64,000 bases of DNA from a virus: the IMG/VR virus record IMGVR_UViG_3300043446_004500, positions 89,678-153,677 of that record; one strand, 5' to 3'. The position numbers were made by a program, and so were the translations under genes. Below the pieces are notes generated by a model. It saw only the letters and a program-made list of their open reading frames with translations. It was not told the DNA's origin and made no database searches. Positions 9,747 through 20,343 of the stretch are shown here, one piece after another. Numbering within the stretch: position 1 is the first letter of the stretch; every line of letters starts with the position of its first letter.

Positions 9747-12700
9747 ATGGCAATAAACACTCAAAATTTTTTACCTTTAGCAAAATCTTCCACAGCAATT
9801 GTAAAACATGCTGGATCTCAAATTTCTACTGAAAAGAAAGATAAAGGTGGAGCAATAATTAAGCAGAAAAAAATAGATATACAACGGTTTAGACCACCAG
9901 AAAAGCAAGAAGAAGAAAAGAAAGAAGAATCTTATGGTGCTATTGTAAAAAGTTTAATTACAATTGATAAATTCTTAAAGACAAATTCTTCATCAGAAAA
10001 GAAAACTTTTGAAAAAGATAGATTAGAAAAAGAAAAAGAAGAATCGCAAAAAAAAGAAAAGAAATTAGAAAGTAAAGAAAGGGGAAAAGGTAAAGGAATT
10101 AATTTACCTTCAATATCATTACCCAAATTTGATTTCTTAGATGCTGTAAAACGATATTTTCTTTTTACATTTCTTGGTTGGTTATTTACTAATACTCAAA
10201 AATTTCTTCCTCAGTTAACTAAAATTTTAGACATTATTAAACCTGTAGTAAATGCTGCCGAATTTATATTCAAAGGTTTATTAAATGGTTTTGTTACTTT
10301 TATTGAACTTGGATATAATGCATATGATAAGGTAAGAGATACTGTAAAGAATCTTGGTGGAGAAGGGGCTCAAAAAGTATTTGATGACCTTTCTAAAAAT
10401 CTCAATACATTAATTACAACAACGATTTTAGTTGCTGGTGCTATTGCTACTCTTGGAGAAAAAAGTAAACCTAGTGGACCAAAAGGTGGAGTTCCTGGAA
10501 GTCCAAGAGGTGGTGTTCCAAGAGGTGGTCCAAGAAGATCTCCAATTACTGGCAGACCAGTCCCAACTACAAGTGGTGGAAGAACTGCTGGTAGACCAGA
10601 TATTAGAAATCCACTTAGAGAAAGACCAAGAATAACTGGAAGTGGTGGTGGTCGTGCAGGTCAAATTGATATTAGAAATCCTCTGAGACAAAGACCAGCA
10701 ATAACTAGAAGTGGTGGAGAAGGAAGATTTGCAGGTAAAGGTTTAGGAAAGTTCTTGTCAAAAGGTGCTCCAATCATAGGACCACTAATTGATTTTTCAA
10801 TTAGGACATTAATTTTTGGAGAATCTCCTGGTCGTGCTGCAGCTGGTGCTATAGGTGCTGGAGTAGGACAAGCATTGGGTGGTGTTTTAGTTGGAACAAT
10901 TGGAGGAATCGTTGGAAGTGTAATTCCAATTGCTGGTACTCTTTTGGGAGGATCTGCAGGTGCTTTTGTCGGACAATTGATTGGTGGATTTGTTGGAGAT
11001 TGGATAGGAACTTCTTTATATGATGCAGTGGCATCAATGAAAGATAAGAAAAAAATTGAGAAAAAAGAGACTGGTGGAAAAGTATCACCAAAAACAAGAG
11101 TTAAAGGAAAGAAAAACTCTAAAAGATCAATTAAAGTTGCTTCAAAGAGACATCCAAAAATAACACCACAAGTATCTCAACCTGGTAAAGATGTTGGTGG
11201 AGAGAAAAATATTAAGGTATTGTATCCAGATCCAGACAAAAAAATGTCTTTGGATGAATTTCTTATAAGTGAAATGGGTCAGGGTTCATATTCATATAGT
11301 CAATATGAAAATGACTTTAAGAAAAGAACAAAAAAACCAAATCCATTTAAAGCACTCACAGCAACTGCAAAAATATTAAAAGAAATTCCATTATTTGGTG
11401 GCACGATTGGTTCAATAATGGGGGCAGGTGTTGATATTGCATTGGGACAGAAACCTGACAAAAAAGTATATCAGTCAATTGCATCAGGAATTGGTTTTCT
11501 TGTTGACACTCTATCAGATCAAAGAGTTAATAAAAGTATGGGTTCTTTGATGTCTCAAATTAGAGGATTTGCTGAAGGTGGAACAGTTCCTACAAGAGAA
11601 TTAAAATTAGGAGATGATACTACAAATACTACTAAATTACTTACAAAAATTATTGAACCTGCAATAAGTCAAAAAGTAAATCAGGCATTTCAAAGTATTC
11701 AAAAAGAATTGCAATTAAAAGGTAAAAAAGAACCTGGTCAACCTGGTGGAGGTCAACCTGGTGGAGGTGGACCTGGTGGTGGAGGAGGACCTTCAGTAGA
11801 ATCTATTGATATGAATGGATTAAGTAAAGAAGATGTTGATGCATTAGGTAGAATGGTTCAAGCAGAAGCAGGTAATCAATCTGCCGCAGGAAAGGCATCC
11901 GTAATGAACGTTATACTTAACAGATATCGTTTAGCAAAAGCAGGTAAAGGATATCTTCCCTCAGGTAAAACTAAAGATACCGTAACAATAAGAGATATTC
12001 TTTATGATCCAAATCAATTTTCTCCTATTGATGATGGCAGATTTGATAGAACTTCATCGGCTGCCGGCAGAAGTGCATTAGCACAAGCAATTTCTGCTGG
12101 TGGAAATGATCCAGAAAAACTTAAAAAAGTTTTAATGGAAAAATATAATTTGAATGAGCAAGATGCAAATTATGTTATAGTTTCAACTGTTTTTTCCAAT
12201 CCAGAAGCTAGAGGTTCTAGACCTTTTAATACTAGAGAAGTTACCGTAGGTGATCACACTTTCCAAGAATCTCCTGATGCAAGATTAAGAGCTCCTGGTC
12301 AAAAAATTGATGCTACAGTTAAGGAAACTCCATCACTAATAATTAAAGGTGGTCCAATTAAAGGTGGAGCAATAGTAACTCAAAGAGGAGATCCTGATAA
12401 CGAACAAACTGGATCAGATATTGCAGTTGGTAATTATCAAGTGGGAGATCAAATTCAAAATCCTTTCCAAAGTTTAAAAATCACTAAAATAGGTTTTCAG
12501 GGAAAGGGGTCTGGAGAATCTGGACAAGGATTTGGTAGATATGTAACAGGTGAAACAATTATTAATGGAAAGAGATATGAAATTTTATTGGGACACTTAA
12601 ATAAAGCACTTGTAAAAGAAGGAGACATTTTAGAAGCAGGTGATGTTATTGGAACCCAAGGAATTTCTGGACATGCAACTGGTCCTCATGTTTCAACTCA

Positions 12701-13454
12701 CATTAATGCTTTAGATGGTGGAGATCCATCAAAGGTATTATCATCTGTAGAAAATGTTTGGACAAGAGGTGGTGCGATTGAAACAAAGTCTATGGGAAGA
12801 CCAACATCTCAATCACAACCACCAAAAGCACCACCCGGACAAACTCCAGGTAGAACGGGCACAGAACTTGCCGAAGAAATGGAACTACTTCAAAAACCAG
12901 TAGTAGAATCATTTAAAGTTGGAAGTGATACCTATACTCATAGGCAAGGCGGAGTATATACAAAAAATGGAAAGAGAATAAACAAAGATGAATTTGATAA
13001 ATCTAAAGGATCTCAAGGACAAGGAAACTGGTGGTCAAATCTTTTTGGTCAAAACAAACCAACACCATCAGCAAAAGTAGAAGGAATAATAAATCATAAT
13101 GGACAAACTTATTATAGACAAGGCGACAAATACTTTAAAAAACCTGGACCAGGAGAAGACATCATACAAATACCTAAATCCATTTACGATACGGTTTTAA
13201 GAGCAGAAACAATACAAGCACGTGGTAATCTTCAAGGTGGTGGTTTGATAGGGAAACCAAAATCAAAATTACCAATACCAAATAAGTTTGCCTCTTATGA
13301 AAACTATGGTCAGCAATCAATGATTGCTATTCTTCCAATTCAAACAGAAGTTATGGTTCCTGTTCCTACAGATGGTGGAGGACCTATGATGTTCCCATCA
13401 GCAAATCTAAATACAAAAGATTCTCACAAAATTCATAGTCTAAGTAGGGGATAA
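9747..13454 (+). CDS. Tape-measure-like tail protein with SleB-like hydrolase and M23 peptidase domains
   Basis: Glycine-zipper segment. LGRMVQAEAGNQ...VMNVILNR...PNQFSP (SleB/Hydrolase_2). GSDIA...LGHL..VKEGD..AGDVIGTQGISGHATGPHV (M23-like). Confidence 0.7.
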   Translation: MAINTQNFLPLAKSSTAIVKHAGSQISTEKKDKGGAIIKQKKIDIQRFRPPEKQEEEKKEESYGAIVKSLITIDKFLKTNSSSEKKTFEKDRLEKEKEESQKKEKKLESKERGKGKGINLPSISLPKFDFLDAVKRYFLFTFLGWLFTNTQKFLPQLTKILDIIKPVVNAAEFIFKGLLNGFVTFIELGYNAYDKVRDTVKNLGGEGAQKVFDDLSKNLNTLITTTILVAGAIATLGEKSKPSGPKGGVPGSPRGGVPRGGPRRSPITGRPVPTTSGGRTAGRPDIRNPLRERPRITGSGGGRAGQIDIRNPLRQRPAITRSGGEGRFAGKGLGKFLSKGAPIIGPLIDFSIRTLIFGESPGRAAAGAIGAGVGQALGGVLVGTIGGIVGSVIPIAGTLLGGSAGAFVGQLIGGFVGDWIGTSLYDAVASMKDKKKIEKKETGGKVSPKTRVKGKKNSKRSIKVASKRHPKITPQVSQPGKDVGGEKNIKVLYPDPDKKMSLDEFLISEMGQGSYSYSQYENDFKKRTKKPNPFKALTATAKILKEIPLFGGTIGSIMGAGVDIALGQKPDKKVYQSIASGIGFLVDTLSDQRVNKSMGSLMSQIRGFAEGGTVPTRELKLGDDTTNTTKLLTKIIEPAISQKVNQAFQSIQKELQLKGKKEPGQPGGGQPGGGGPGGGGGPSVESIDMNGLSKEDVDALGRMVQAEAGNQSAAGKASVMNVILNRYRLAKAGKGYLPSGKTKDTVTIRDILYDPNQFSPIDDGRFDRTSSAAGRSALAQAISAGGNDPEKLKKVLMEKYNLNEQDANYVIVSTVFSNPEARGSRPFNTREVTVGDHTFQESPDARLRAPGQKIDATVKETPSLIIKGGPIKGGAIVTQRGDPDNEQTGSDIAVGNYQVGDQIQNPFQSLKITKIGFQGKGSGESGQGFGRYVTGETIINGKRYEILLGHLNKALVKEGDILEAGDVIGTQGISGHATGPHVSTHINALDGGDPSKVLSSVENVWTRGGAIETKSMGRPTSQSQPPKAPPGQTPGRTGTELAEEMELLQKPVVESFKVGSDTYTHRQGGVYTKNGKRINKDEFDKSKGSQGQGNWWSNLFGQNKPTPSAKVEGIINHNGQTYYRQGDKYFKKPGPGEDIIQIPKSIYDTVLRAETIQARGNLQGGGLIGKPKSKLPIPNKFASYENYGQQSMIAILPIQTEVMVPVPTDGGGPMMFPSANLNTKDSHKIHSLSRG

Positions 13455-13458
13455 TTGA

Positions 13459-14805
13459 ATGGGAAAGAATACTGCGGCAGCTGCAGGAGAAGGTAAAATT
13501 GAAGAGTTTGTTATTTTTTCAAACGATTCAAGTGAAAAAGAAAAAAAATTAGATATAGTTGGTGGATTAATAGAACTTATAATTACAGAAAGTATTCTTG
13601 ACAATTCAGTTAGAGCAAGGTACACCTATGCTGATGTTGGACATGGAGAAGGAAGAACAACAGCATCGGATGAAAAGGGTGATATAAATCTAAGCACTTC
13701 AGAAAAATGTCACCTAGTGGTTTCTGATGGATTTGGTAATAAAATTGTTTTTAAAGATGACTACCATTTAAGAGTAAAAAATAGAGGCAATAAAGAAACT
13801 ACTCGTAATTCTATATTAACTTTGGATTTTTACTCGGAAGAAAGTATAAAAAATACTTGGGAAGAAACAAGAGTCATTAAAAGTTTTGATGGAAAAATAA
13901 CAAATCACGTATATGATATATTAAAAAATATTTTAAAAACTCCTAAAAATGTTTCTGGTGATCCTGGACTGAATAATTTTGTTTTTACTGGAAAAACTGA
14001 AATGCCATTTTATGTTATTCCTTGGTTAGCAAAAAGATGTATTCCAGACTTCGGACCACCTGGAAAATATGCAGGATATTTTTTCTATGAGGTTTCTGAT
14101 AATGGAAGTAAAACTGGAGGTTATAGATTTAAATCAATAGATGTATTAACGCAACAAACTCCAAAATTAAAACTTTCTTATACTGATACTACAGTTCTTC
14201 CTATTGGATATGATATGGGAATTGTTGATTATTCATTTAATAATAACTTGGATTTAGAAAAAATATTAAAAACAGGTTCTTATGTACCTTCAAAATTAAA
14301 AACATTTAGTCCATATTCAAATGAATATAAAGAGACAGTATTTAATGATTTTGAAAGATTGACTCAATTTAATTTATTAGGTCAAGAGATTCCAAAAATA
14401 GGAACGGATTTAGATTTGATCAATAAGTCAACAAGAATCTCAACAAAAATAAAACAAGATGATGTAAGTAACACTGGAAAATCTTTAAAAGATCAATTAG
14501 AAGTGTCTAAAGGAAAATATATTAACTACCCAGAGGATCAAATTATAAATCAATCTAGATCAAGATATAATAATCTTTTTAACATAAGACTTAGTATTAC
14601 TATTCCTGGAAGATTTGATCTTCATGCGGGAGATTTAGTTCATTGCGATTTTCCAGAAGTATCATCAAAGAAAACACAAGTTGTAAGTGATAAAAAAAGT
14701 GGACTATATATGATAGTAGATGTGGGTCATCGAATTAGTAAAAACAGTTGTTATACTACATTAAATCTCACTAGAGAATCTATTTACAGAAAAGGATCAA
14801 GATGA
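13459..14805 (+). CDS. Baseplate hub protein (gp27/gpD-like)
   Basis: ESILD, GYFFYE..GYRFKSID, ITIPGRFDLHAGDLV, SGLYMIVDVGH..TTLNLTRES. Confidence 0.65.
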   Translation: MGKNTAAAAGEGKIEEFVIFSNDSSEKEKKLDIVGGLIELIITESILDNSVRARYTYADVGHGEGRTTASDEKGDINLSTSEKCHLVVSDGFGNKIVFKDDYHLRVKNRGNKETTRNSILTLDFYSEESIKNTWEETRVIKSFDGKITNHVYDILKNILKTPKNVSGDPGLNNFVFTGKTEMPFYVIPWLAKRCIPDFGPPGKYAGYFFYEVSDNGSKTGGYRFKSIDVLTQQTPKLKLSYTDTTVLPIGYDMGIVDYSFNNNLDLEKILKTGSYVPSKLKTFSPYSNEYKETVFNDFERLTQFNLLGQEIPKIGTDLDLINKSTRISTKIKQDDVSNTGKSLKDQLEVSKGKYINYPEDQIINQSRSRYNNLFNIRLSITIPGRFDLHAGDLVHCDFPEVSSKKTQVVSDKKSGLYMIVDVGHRISKNSCYTTLNLTRESIYRKGSR

Positions 14806-15017
14806 CAAGATCACTTCAACAACACATTAATGATGATAGGGATGAACTTGATAATCCCAACACAAGTGGACAAAGAAAACGCCATCTAGAAGATGAACTA
14901 AATTCACTTGAACAATACCAATCAAATCATCCAGATACAAATCACGATCCAAATCCCTTAGAACTTTATTGTGATTTAAATCCAGAATCTCCAGAGTGTA
15001 AATTTTATGAGGTGTGA
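14802..15017 (+). CDS. cp12: CP12, Calvin-cycle inhibitor (auxiliary metabolic gene)
   Basis: 71 aa; C-terminal LELYCDLNPESPECKFYE CP12 motif; cyanophage-type N-terminus (SGQRKRHLEDEL). Confidence 0.9.
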   Translation: MTRSLQQHINDDRDELDNPNTSGQRKRHLEDELNSLEQYQSNHPDTNHDPNPLELYCDLNPESPECKFYEV

Positions 15018-15023
15018 TAAGTA

Positions 15024-17765
15024 ATGACCTTTTATAATAATCAATCCATAGGTGAATATGGAGGATTCTGGATTGGTCAAGTAGTTGATGAAGCAAATTG
15101 GATTGATAATGTCAATCCAAAATTCCATAATCGTGATGATATTCCTGGTTGGGGATCTAGATGTAAAGTCAGAATTATTGGTAGAGATCCTCAACAAAAA
15201 GTAACTCCAGATGATAAATTGGAGATGGCAGAAATTTGGGTTCCAACCACGGCAGGTAGTGGTCATGGTGGGGCTCATCAAACACATAGTATTCGTCAAG
15301 GATGTTATGTTGCAGGTTTTTATAAAGATGGTATTGATAAAAGAGAACCTGTTGTAACTTTTATACTTCCAAACAATTCTCAAACCAGATTATTTGGCGG
15401 AGATCCTGATATAGGATATGTTGCTAGAAGTGGATATCTAGGCAAAAGTGGAAACGTTCCAGTATCAACAAAGAACATTTATCTTGCTGGACCAAATAGT
15501 TCAACAATAGATGAAGCAAAAGGAACATCTCCTACAACTTCCGATGTCAGAAATGCTGACCAACAAAAAGATGGAAATAGATGTCATTATATTCCAAAAA
15601 CAAAAGCTTGCGATGGTGCTGGAGGAGAATTAAAGGGAATACAGAAATTTATTAAAGATGCTCTTGCTCTTATTAATAGAATTAAAGCAGAGGCAAATGC
15701 ATTTTTAGGAGCAGCATCAGATCTTACTGCAAGTATTTCTCAAATTGTAAATAACGTAAGTTCTGCAATTTCTGGTTTATTCAAAACTCTTCTCGGTAGA
15801 ATGAGAGGTTATATTACTAAAAAATTAAATGCAGGAGTAAAAGATTTACTTGATATTATAGTACCAAATCAAAGAGCTAAAATTAATCAATTAAATGAAA
15901 AGATAACAGACACACTTCAGTGCGTTTTTAATAAGATAATCAATCGTCTTAAGAGTTTAGTTTCAACATTATTAGGACAAATTATAGACAAATATATAAA
16001 TGCACCTCTATGTGCTGTTGAAAGTTTTGTAGCAAATTTACTAAGTTCCGTTTTAGGAGATATTACAGGTGCAATTCAATCGGTAATTTCTCAAGTAAGT
16101 GGAGTGCTTGGAAAAATTGGCGATATTGCAGGGAAAGTTTTTGATGTGTTGGATATGGTAACGGGCATTTTAAACTTCTTGTCCTGTGATGAACCATTGG
16201 ATTGTACAATGGGAGAAGAGTGGAGTTTCTGGGGTGGTGTAAAATGTGCAACTACAAGTGCAAAAGATGCAGTATCATCTGGTATAAAATCCACATCCGA
16301 TAAAATTAAAGGATGGATTGCCGGATCTACCGATGCCCCACCTTGCAACACTTCTCAACTTCCTTGTGGTCCACCAACCATATCAATTACTGGTGGTGGG
16401 GGAAGTGGAGTTTTAGCAAATCCAATTATAAGTGCGACTGGTTCAATTCTTGGAATTGATTTTGTGAATGGAGGTTCTGGATATGTTTCTCCTCCTAATA
16501 TTAATATTGTTGATAGTTGTGGTATTGGCAATGGTGCGGTAGTTGTTCCAATTATAAGCACATCTGACACTCAAGAAAATACTGGATTAACTACAATAAA
16601 TGAGGATACAGTGACCACCACCGAAGGTGAAACGGTTATTGAAGGAGGATCAATAACCATCACTAATGGAAGTAATGGGTCAACTGAAGAAACATCTTTA
16701 GGAGGTACTGGTGCTGGAGGTACTGGTACTGGTGGAACTGGAAGTACTAGTACTGGTGTCGGAAATATTATAGGAAGTGGTCAAGCAGTAATTTCTCAAG
16801 CAGGAACTTCTGGTGCTAATTACATTACTAACGCAACTATTATGTCAAGTGGAGGAAAAGTAACTTCTACTGGCGGAAATACTGTAGCAACAACTACAGG
16901 AGGAAATACTACTGGATATGGTTTAAATGTATCAATAACTGGAGGAACATCAACATTTGTAAATGGGGTTCAAACTGTTACTGGAGGAAAAGTAACTCTT
17001 ACTGGAGGAACAGTTACTACCAATGGAGGATCTACTCAAGTTTCTTCTTTAAATAATGCAGGTTCTATAGTTGGATCAGTGATTGTCAATCCAGGAACTG
17101 GATACTTATCTGCACCTAATGGAAGCACTGGTGGAAATGGATCTGTATTTTCTAAAGTTGGAGATACGATATTATTCAATAGTAATTCTGGGTATAACGT
17201 TTATGGACCAAATCAAACTATATCTGTTTTAGATGGGGATTTAATTTATACTCCTGCAGGAACTGTTTCTGAAGTGTATAATAATGATGGAGAAATAGTT
17301 CAAACGATAATAGGTAAAGGAGGAACTTCACCAATTAATATAACGTCTTCTGGAACCTTAACAACTCCAAACTATGTTTCCGATGAAGCACTCGGTATGA
17401 ATAGAGATTCTCCCTCTTCTAATGGATCTTATCCTGTTGTATTAACGATTAAAGATGTTGCGATTTTAAATGGTGGTGTAAATTATGATCCAAATGATGA
17501 AATTGTCATTTCACCAGACAATGGGGCAGAGTTGAAACCAATATTTAATGATGTAGGAAGACTGATTGATGTAAAGATTATAAATTCAGGTATTGGATTT
17601 ACAGAGTTTCCAAATCTTTTCATACAATCACAAAATGGTATTAATGCCGTAATTGTTCCAGTCTTTGATATTTTAAGAGTCAATGATCTTTCTGAAGATC
17701 AAGATATTATTCCACCTGGAACTCCTATAATTAGTGTAGTAGATTGTGTAGGTAGAGTAATTTAA
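15024..17765 (+). CDS. gp5: Baseplate hub/spike protein gp5-like (no lysozyme domain evident)
   Basis: N-terminal OB fold FWIGQV...RCKVRIIG...GFYKDG...PV; GxGY repeats; Gly/Thr-rich insertion. Confidence 0.75.
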   Translation: MTFYNNQSIGEYGGFWIGQVVDEANWIDNVNPKFHNRDDIPGWGSRCKVRIIGRDPQQKVTPDDKLEMAEIWVPTTAGSGHGGAHQTHSIRQGCYVAGFYKDGIDKREPVVTFILPNNSQTRLFGGDPDIGYVARSGYLGKSGNVPVSTKNIYLAGPNSSTIDEAKGTSPTTSDVRNADQQKDGNRCHYIPKTKACDGAGGELKGIQKFIKDALALINRIKAEANAFLGAASDLTASISQIVNNVSSAISGLFKTLLGRMRGYITKKLNAGVKDLLDIIVPNQRAKINQLNEKITDTLQCVFNKIINRLKSLVSTLLGQIIDKYINAPLCAVESFVANLLSSVLGDITGAIQSVISQVSGVLGKIGDIAGKVFDVLDMVTGILNFLSCDEPLDCTMGEEWSFWGGVKCATTSAKDAVSSGIKSTSDKIKGWIAGSTDAPPCNTSQLPCGPPTISITGGGGSGVLANPIISATGSILGIDFVNGGSGYVSPPNINIVDSCGIGNGAVVVPIISTSDTQENTGLTTINEDTVTTTEGETVIEGGSITITNGSNGSTEETSLGGTGAGGTGTGGTGSTSTGVGNIIGSGQAVISQAGTSGANYITNATIMSSGGKVTSTGGNTVATTTGGNTTGYGLNVSITGGTSTFVNGVQTVTGGKVTLTGGTVTTNGGSTQVSSLNNAGSIVGSVIVNPGTGYLSAPNGSTGGNGSVFSKVGDTILFNSNSGYNVYGPNQTISVLDGDLIYTPAGTVSEVYNNDGEIVQTIIGKGGTSPINITSSGTLTTPNYVSDEALGMNRDSPSSNGSYPVVLTIKDVAILNGGVNYDPNDEIVISPDNGAELKPIFNDVGRLIDVKIINSGIGFTEFPNLFIQSQNGINAVIVPVFDILRVNDLSEDQDIIPPGTPIISVVDCVGRVI

Positions 17766-18436
17766 TGGCAATAGATCTTTCAAGTTTAAAAATTAGAAGT
17801 GCAACTGGCGAAAAGGAAAATCCACATTTAACTTCCTACGGAAATGATCTTGGCGAAATTCAATTTGGAGTTTTAAGAGCATCAAATCCAGAGGTTACTT
17901 CTTCTGATACTACTGCTGGTGTTCATTTGCAAGGTTATAATTCTCTTCATTATATGACCTTTGAGGCTGATGGTCCTAGAGCAGGATGGACATTAAATCG
18001 TTGTCCAGGTCCTTATCAAATTATATCTGCTTCAAATAATGCTGGGGTAGTTGGAGAAACAGGATCGCAAACTTGGCCGGGTGTTGGATATTTTCTTTTA
18101 GCAGAAAACGGAGACATTGTAATCCGTGCTCCTAAAGGTAGAATTCGTATGTCTGCTTTAGATATAGATATAAGAGCAGATGGTCCGGATAATACAAAAG
18201 GATCTATTAACTTAGATTCTAATCAATCAGTAAACATCAAAACTCAAACTTTTGATGTGTCGGCAGATTCTGGAATAAAAATTTTTACTCCAAAAAGTAT
18301 GAATCTTGTTGCTAATACTTCCATGGCAATGGTAAGTAATTTTATAAATGGATTAACTGCTGCTTCTGCAAATAAACCAAATAAATCTGCACCAGCAACT
18401 CAATCTAGTTCAAGATTAAATCAATATTACGTTTAA
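17765..18436 (+). CDS. Baseplate spike-associated beta-helix protein
   Basis: AENGDIVIRAPKGRIRMSALDIDI..GSINLDSN beta-helix-like repeats directly after gp5. Confidence 0.55.
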   Translation: MAIDLSSLKIRSATGEKENPHLTSYGNDLGEIQFGVLRASNPEVTSSDTTAGVHLQGYNSLHYMTFEADGPRAGWTLNRCPGPYQIISASNNAGVVGETGSQTWPGVGYFLLAENGDIVIRAPKGRIRMSALDIDIRADGPDNTKGSINLDSNQSVNIKTQTFDVSADSGIKIFTPKSMNLVANTSMAMVSNFINGLTAASANKPNKSAPATQSSSRLNQYYV

Positions 18437-18440
18437 AATT

Positions 18441-19226
18441 ATGGCATTTCAACAAGACGATGTATGCGTATCCCATCAACTTGTGGTAGGAGATGGATTT
18501 CCAGTCACAGTTTTAGGAGTTGGAGAAGCAAAAGTCAGAGGATCTGCATTCATAGAAGGTCCTGCAGTATTTGGAGATTCAATGACATTTCCAAATGTTT
18601 GGGCAACGGTGATGATAGGTCCAAATTCTAATATTGATTCATTACCACCTATAATTCCTGGCACACTATGCACTGGAGTTCATAATCCATATTCTCTTGC
18701 AGTTCAAGGACCATCCGCATTTATGGATACCGTTGACACAGCATTAGGAATTAATGTTGGAACAAATCTAATAGCACAGGGAGAGGTAATTTCACGTTGC
18801 GGAAAACATATTCTTTCTGCTAAAAAGAATTTTGATATTCCTCACCCATCAAAAGAAGGATGGAGATTGAGACATACTTGCCCAGAAGGTCCATCTAATG
18901 ATGTCTATATAAGAGGAAGAATTAAAAATAAAACAGAAATAGATCTTCCAGAATACTGGGAAAATTTGGTAGATTCAAAGTCAATTACAGTTAATTTGAC
19001 TCCTATTGGTGCTCATCAAGATATAATTGTAAAAAGAATTGGAGAGAATAAAATATTTTTGCAATCAAAAGGTGGCATTCCAATTGATTGCTTTTATCAT
19101 ATTTTTGCCGAAAGATGTGATGGTGAAAAATTAATTCCAGAATACAAAGGAGAAAGTCCTGCAGATTATCCGGGAAATAATGATGAGTATTCAGTTTCAG
19201 GATACCACTATGATGTTAAGGAGTAA
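18441..19226 (+). CDS. Virion protein with C-terminal KxFDIPHP...EGP domain
   Basis: KNFDIPHPSKEGWRLRHTCPEGP..VYIRG..IDLPEYW; paralogous to the next gene. Confidence 0.6.
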   Translation: MAFQQDDVCVSHQLVVGDGFPVTVLGVGEAKVRGSAFIEGPAVFGDSMTFPNVWATVMIGPNSNIDSLPPIIPGTLCTGVHNPYSLAVQGPSAFMDTVDTALGINVGTNLIAQGEVISRCGKHILSAKKNFDIPHPSKEGWRLRHTCPEGPSNDVYIRGRIKNKTEIDLPEYWENLVDSKSITVNLTPIGAHQDIIVKRIGENKIFLQSKGGIPIDCFYHIFAERCDGEKLIPEYKGESPADYPGNNDEYSVSGYHYDVKE

Positions 19227-19231
19227 TTAAA

Positions 19232-19852
19232 ATGACTGATAAATTTACACCAAAAAATATTGGTAATGAAGATTGCAATTATGTCAATACTACTTTAGTT
19301 CCTACAAGTTCTTGGCAATTTCAAATTTACCCCTCAACAGGGGATTCTGAGTATCCAGTTGATGCTTGCCCAATTTATAGGCACGATTTCCTTGAATGCA
19401 CTGATTTAAAATGGGCAGGAGGAATTTTATCGGTAAAAGCACCAATTTGGGATTCTAAAAAATCATTTGATATTCCTCACCCCACAAAAGAAAACCATAG
19501 AATTCGTTATATTTGTTTAGAAGGTCCAGAAGCAGAGGTTTATTTTAGAGGAAAATTAAAAAACGAAACAATTATTAAACTTCCTGATTATTGGAGAGAT
19601 TTAGTTGATGTTGAGACAATAGGAGTCACATTAACTCCTATTGGAAATTGGCAAGAATTGTTTGTTGAGAAAGTTGAATGGGGAACTCACATTCATATAA
19701 AAAATAATTCTGGTGCATCAATTAATTGTAGTTTCGTTGTTTATGGAGAAAGAAAAGACGTTTCTAAAAATATTTCTGTCTACGAAGGAAAATCGCCAAA
19801 TGATTATCCAGGAGATAATAGAGAGTATGTAATTAATGGGGGGAGGTCTTGA
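19232..19852 (+). CDS. Virion protein, paralog of the preceding C-terminal domain
   Basis: KSFDIPHPTKENHRIRYICLEGP..VYFRG..IKLPDYW..YEGKSPNDYPGDN. Confidence 0.6.
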   Translation: MTDKFTPKNIGNEDCNYVNTTLVPTSSWQFQIYPSTGDSEYPVDACPIYRHDFLECTDLKWAGGILSVKAPIWDSKKSFDIPHPTKENHRIRYICLEGPEAEVYFRGKLKNETIIKLPDYWRDLVDVETIGVTLTPIGNWQELFVEKVEWGTHIHIKNNSGASINCSFVVYGERKDVSKNISVYEGKSPNDYPGDNREYVINGGRS

Positions 19853-19877
19853 CACCAGCACCCCACCGTGCTATGAT
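19849..19877 (+). promoter_or_regulatory. sigma70-like promoter
   Basis: TTGACA (19849-54), 17 nt, TATGAT (19872-77). Confidence 0.75.
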
Positions 19878-19903
19878 ACTAAGGTAATCACGAGACGAAC
19901 CGA

Positions 19904-20086
19904 ATGCAAGATGAGTACCTGACACGATGCGTCGTTGATCCAATCAAACGAACCGTGTATCTTTACTCTAGTGAGGGGTCAGAAAAGCAAGTGTCCTGTG
20001 ATACGGTTGAAGAGTTTATGAATGTGCTAGAATTTGTTCGTGCTACAGTGGATGAGGAAACACTCTCATACGCAAATCCACTTTAA
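19904..20086 (+). CDS. Hypothetical cyanophage protein
   Basis: ORF directly downstream of the promoter. Confidence 0.65.
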   Translation: MQDEYLTRCVVDPIKRTVYLYSSEGSEKQVSCDTVEEFMNVLEFVRATVDEETLSYANPL

Positions 20087-20144
20087 AATCCATTTTTGGT
20101 CGAAAAAATTCTCCGGTAAAAATTGCCCTTATTACTTTTTTTAA

Positions 20145-20324
20145 ATGCGTCCAGAAACACGACAATCAATGGAAATGTTGTTCACTGCAAAGTGGAACGT
20201 TCCGACCGCAGCAAAAAACTGTAATCTCACAAACAAAGAAATGAAGATTACGTTTAATGAATACTGCACTTTACATCCACCGACTTATGTGGTAGAATCG
20301 GGTAGTCAACTCAATCTTTTTTGA
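20145..20324 (+). CDS. Hypothetical protein (59 aa, possible small HTH); absent from ORF track
   Basis: MRPETRQSMEMLFTAKWNVPTAAKNCNLTNKEMKITFNEYC... Confidence 0.6.
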   Translation: MRPETRQSMEMLFTAKWNVPTAAKNCNLTNKEMKITFNEYCTLHPPTYVVESGSQLNLF

Positions 20325-20343
20325 GTTTTTTATGAGTTAAAAA

